Source of the DNA: Nanobdellota archaeon
GTDB lineage: Archaea; Nanobdellota; Nanobdellia; Tiddalikarchaeales; Tiddalikarchaeaceae
Assembly: GCA_016931175.1 (NCBI GenBank)
Contig: JAFGFH010000011.1
Location: 2,854 to 66,853, forward strand
Direction of reading: 5' to 3'
DNA length: 64,000 nt
Shown: one piece after another, positions 61,416-64,000 of the stretch
Layout: every line of letters starts with the position of its first letter
How positions within the stretch are numbered: the stretch's first letter is position 1
The notes under the pieces: model-generated
The model's input: the letters and a program-made list of their open reading frames with translations, nothing else
What the model was told of the DNA's origin: nothing
Database searches by the model: none
Made by a program: the position numbers and the translations under genes

Positions 61416-61814
61416 TTATTGCTCTATATTACAACAAGAAATAACTAAACTCTCAAGCAATTTAGTTTCCTCTTCTTCAAATCTAACACTACTCTTATCA
61501 TACTTTGGAGTAATCCTTTTAAGCTCCAAACAATTCCTTTTAATCCTCGCCTTATTATACTTGTTAACAACCTTCCAATCTCCTTTGGAATCAAAGACTT
61601 GTTTCAGAGACGAAAGATTAACAAAGAATGGCCTAACTAACAATTCTTCCTCAAACTTAACACCATACGCTAGCCTTGGATTATTAAAATCACTCGAGTA
61701 GATAAACCCCTCACTCAAACGAACATTTAACTCCTTCAACAAATAATTCTTCTTCAAATCCTCGGGCATAGCCTCAAGTTCAGAGACAGTAATGAATAAA
61801 TCACTATCAATCAT
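61416..61814 (-). CDS. hypothetical protein
   Basis: 132-aa ORF with no motif recognised. Confidence 0.45.
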   Translation of the reverse strand: MIDSDLFITVSELEAMPEDLKKNYLLKELNVRLSEGFIYSSDFNNPRLAYGVKFEEELLVRPFFVNLSSLKQVFDSKGDWKVVNKYNKARIKRNCLELKRITPKYDKSSVRFEEEETKLLESLVISCCNIEQ

Positions 61815-61847
61815 ATAAGAAAAACTATAAACCCATTTTTTATTAAT

Positions 61848-62621
61848 TTATTTGTTCAACTCTTCAACGTCTTTCTTGGTGTGAACGTTCCTCCACTTCC
61901 CAGTAAAGATAAACCCGCCGAGATTATTCATAGCAATAAGTTTCGGGATTAACTCGTTCTCTACCGACGCGTAATCATAGTATAAGACCTCAGGCTCGCA
62001 GACCATTATCCCTGTCCACACTAAGTAACTATTGCTCTTCTTCGGCTTCTGCTGGAAACCAACAACACTGCCTCCCTGCAGTTCAACCACCCCTAATCTT
62101 GTGGGATTAGTTGAAGCAGTGATAGCCAAATCAACAAGTTTACCATTCCTGGAATGATAGTTCCAGAAAGAATCCAAGTCGGTCTCAAAAAAATTATCAG
62201 CAGGCAAGACAAGAAAGGTTGAATTAATCTTGTTCTTCAAAAGAGACAAAGACTTAGCGCTGCCTGCAGGCTTAGAATCCTCAACGTACTCAATGCTTAA
62301 CAAGTAATCCTGGCCAGTGCCTAAGAGCTCAAAGATTTTGGACAATGTATTCTTCTCCCCCACAATGAACAACTTCTTAAAATTATAAGACTGCAAAGCC
62401 TTCAAATTATGAAAAATCATGGGCTGGCCCTTAACAATAGACAAAATCCTGAAAGGCTCAATCCTGGTAGCAAGAATAACAGCAACCCTGTTATTGCTCA
62501 AACCCCTGCTAATCAAATGCTCAATAGCCTGAGAGCGGTTCCTGACATTAATCCCGTCAATGTAAGAATCCAAACCCTTAAGCAATGACTCTTCAACAGT
62601 TATTGAAATCTTCTGCTTCAT
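61848..62621 (-). CDS. ribbon-helix-helix domain fused to nucleotidyltransferase-like domain lacking the GGxGTR signature
   Basis: N-terminus 'KISITVEESLLKGLDSYIDGINVRNRSQAIEHLISRGL'. It then reads 'AVILATRIEPFRIL' where the paralog has 'AFILAGGKGTRLRPIT'. The rest aligns by eye with 60114..60974. Confidence 0.65.
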   Translation of the reverse strand: MKQKISITVEESLLKGLDSYIDGINVRNRSQAIEHLISRGLSNNRVAVILATRIEPFRILSIVKGQPMIFHNLKALQSYNFKKLFIVGEKNTLSKIFELLGTGQDYLLSIEYVEDSKPAGSAKSLSLLKNKINSTFLVLPADNFFETDLDSFWNYHSRNGKLVDLAITASTNPTRLGVVELQGGSVVGFQQKPKKSNSYLVWTGIMVCEPEVLYYDYASVENELIPKLIAMNNLGGFIFTGKWRNVHTKKDVEELNK

Positions 62622-62657
62622 CCTACAAAGTAGGATAAAGGTAAGACTTTTTAAGGT

Positions 62658-63608
62658 TTGTGGATAAGTAAAGAGTTGATGAAGGTATTAATAACAGGAG
62701 GAGCAGGCTTCCTCGGAAGCAACCTGTGCAGATTATTCCTTGAAAATGGGCATGAGGTTATATGCCTGGACAACCTCGGCAGCGGCAGCTTGTCAAACGT
62801 GGAGCCTTTAATGAAAAACAAGAACTTCAAATTATTAAACGCTGACGTCACGCAGGACTTATGGGAGATGGACAAGGTTGATTTAATACTTCACTTCGCG
62901 AGCAGGGCGAGCCCGAACGATTACCAGACCAACTCATTCGAGACAATGACTGCGAACAGCAACGGCACATTTAACCTCTTAAAAAAAGCTCATAAAGACA
63001 AGGCAGTATTCTTATTCGCGAGCACGAGCGAGGTATACGGGCAGGCTAGCGTGTTCCCAACACCTGAAACTTATTACGGTTACGTTAACAGCTTCGGTCC
63101 GAGAAGCTGCTATGATGAGAGCAAGAGATTCGGCGAAACCTTGTGCTACGAGTTCATCCACAAGTTCGACGTTGACGCGAGGATAGTAAGAATCTTCAAC
63201 ACTTACGGTCCTGGCATGAGATATAATGACGGCAGAGTAGTCACTAACTTCATACACCAGGCTTTGAACAATGAAGACATAACTGTTTACGGGGACGGGA
63301 AACAGACAAGGAGCTTCTGCTTCGTTGATGACTTAACAAGAGGAATATACGATTTTGCAACAAGGCAGGGATTGAAAGGAGAGGTAATAAACCTGGGAAA
63401 CCCTGTTGAGAACACTATGCTGGAATTAGCAGACAAGATAATAAAGATAACCAAGAGCAAATCAAAGATAGTGTATAAGCCTTTGCCAAAAGACGACCCT
63501 GTCAGGAGAGTGCCGGATATTACAAAGGCAAATAAATTACTGGACTGGCAGCCGAAGTTTTCACTAGATGAAGGTTTGCGAATATTAGTGGAGTGGTTCA
63601 GGAAATGA
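62658..63608 (+). CDS. uxs: UDP-glucuronate decarboxylase / UDP-xylose synthase-type SDR (likely true start ATG 62679)
   Basis: 'VLITGGAGFLGSNL', 'YDESKRFGETL' and 'RIFNTYGP'. The track start is a TTG, and an ATG (MKVLITGG) lies 7 codons in. Confidence 0.75.
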   Translation: MWISKELMKVLITGGAGFLGSNLCRLFLENGHEVICLDNLGSGSLSNVEPLMKNKNFKLLNADVTQDLWEMDKVDLILHFASRASPNDYQTNSFETMTANSNGTFNLLKKAHKDKAVFLFASTSEVYGQASVFPTPETYYGYVNSFGPRSCYDESKRFGETLCYEFIHKFDVDARIVRIFNTYGPGMRYNDGRVVTNFIHQALNNEDITVYGDGKQTRSFCFVDDLTRGIYDFATRQGLKGEVINLGNPVENTMLELADKIIKITKSKSKIVYKPLPKDDPVRRVPDITKANKLLDWQPKFSLDEGLRILVEWFRK

Positions 63609-64000
63609 TTGGATTAATACCTGCAGCAGGAAGCGGAACAAGAATGTACCCATTCACAAGAGCAAACCCTAAAGAATTATACCATATAGACAGGATGGCA
63701 GTTATAGACCACGCAATAACATCGCTTCATGAAGAAGCAGGAGTTAACAAAGTATTCATAATAATAGGCGGGCATAAAAGCGCCATAATAGACCACGTCG
63801 GGGACGGCAGCAGATTAAACAACGGAGACTTAAAGGTGAGCTACTTGTATCAGGAAGAGTTGAAGGGTTTGGCAAACGCCATATACCAGGGAAAGGAATG
63901 GGTAAACGAGGACTTCATGGTGCACGTCGGGGACAGCTTCGTATACCCTAAGAGTGAATTGAAAAAAATGGTGCAGGTTCATGAGAAGGAGAAGCCGTTC
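63605..64000 (+). CDS. sugar-1-phosphate nucleotidyltransferase, 3'-partial (runs off the window)
   Basis: Hand translation: 'MIGLIPAAGSGTRMYPFTRANPKELY...'. ATGA overlap with the uxs stop. No stop before nt 64000. Not in the track. Confidence 0.75.
   Translation, partial: MIGLIPAAGSGTRMYPFTRANPKELYHIDRMAVIDHAITSLHEEAGVNKVFIIIGGHKSAIIDHVGDGSRLNNGDLKVSYLYQEELKGLANAIYQGKEWVNEDFMVHVGDSFVYPKSELKKMVQVHEKEKPF

Noticed and set aside
1-64000. The many 60-190-aa ORFs nested antisense or out of frame inside larger genes (e.g. 469..684, 1413..1811, 6401..6823, 21557..21873, 44653..45225, 46451..46837, 52933..53385, 57861..58247, 59213..59662, 60322..60765)
   Set aside because: Each is fully contained in a longer ORF with recognisable motifs or coherent topology. 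Their compositions (Ser/Leu/Phe-rich) are what antisense reading of A/T-rich, Lys/Glu-rich genes produces.
1-64000. CRISPR arrays, IS elements, integrases, reverse transcriptase/DGR, prophage genes
   Set aside because: I looked for regularly spaced short repeats and for transposase/integrase/RT motifs (DDE, tyrosine recombinase RHRY context, YxDD) in the translations and found none. The Cys-rich protein has no template/variable repeat pair that I could see. This was an eye scan only, so short or degenerate arrays could have been missed.

Overview
This is an AT-rich, tightly packed archaeal chromosome segment, with many 4-nt ATGA start/stop overlaps. The archaeal call rests on several markers read from the translations. 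These are TFB, Hjc resolvase, NucS/EndoMS, tRNA-splicing endonuclease EndA, ribosomal protein S17e, two-subunit archaeal PheRS, and a ThrRS with the archaeal N-terminal editing domain. A tRNA-Trp with a 37/38 intron and an AMP phosphorylase point the same way. The small genes, patchy metabolism and large adhesin-like surface proteins suggest a DPANN-type, host-dependent archaeon, but that is inference only. I support about 70 CDS, two tRNAs (His-GTG with encoded G-1; Trp-CCA with a 46-nt intron) and one candidate C/D-box sRNA. I saw no rRNA, CRISPR array, transposase, integrase or reverse transcriptase. Functional blocks: translation (hisS, pheST, thrS, leuS, trm5, endA, rps17e); a glycolytic mini-cluster (class II aldolase divergent from a TIM / AOR-family oxidoreductase / Zn-ribbon operon); three large predicted surface proteins plus an exported Lon-type protease; and a 12-kb surface-glycan cluster (52.2-64 kb). 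The most unusual observations, in order: (1) a two-ORF cassette bracketed by ~105-bp direct repeats that duplicate a promoter and the 5' end of a small gene (37.0-37.9 kb). (2) A UbiA (possibly DPPR-synthase-like) / GT-C / GtrA / DUF362 module. (3) Two ribbon-helix-helix-nucleotidyltransferase fusion paralogs, one with a degenerate catalytic motif. (4) A 948-aa Cys-rich surface protein with three tandem cytoplasmic zinc ribbons. (5) A 21-nt motif that punctuates a nucleotidyltransferase/kinase gene pair. All product calls come from motifs read by eye and recalled family signatures; no database search was run.
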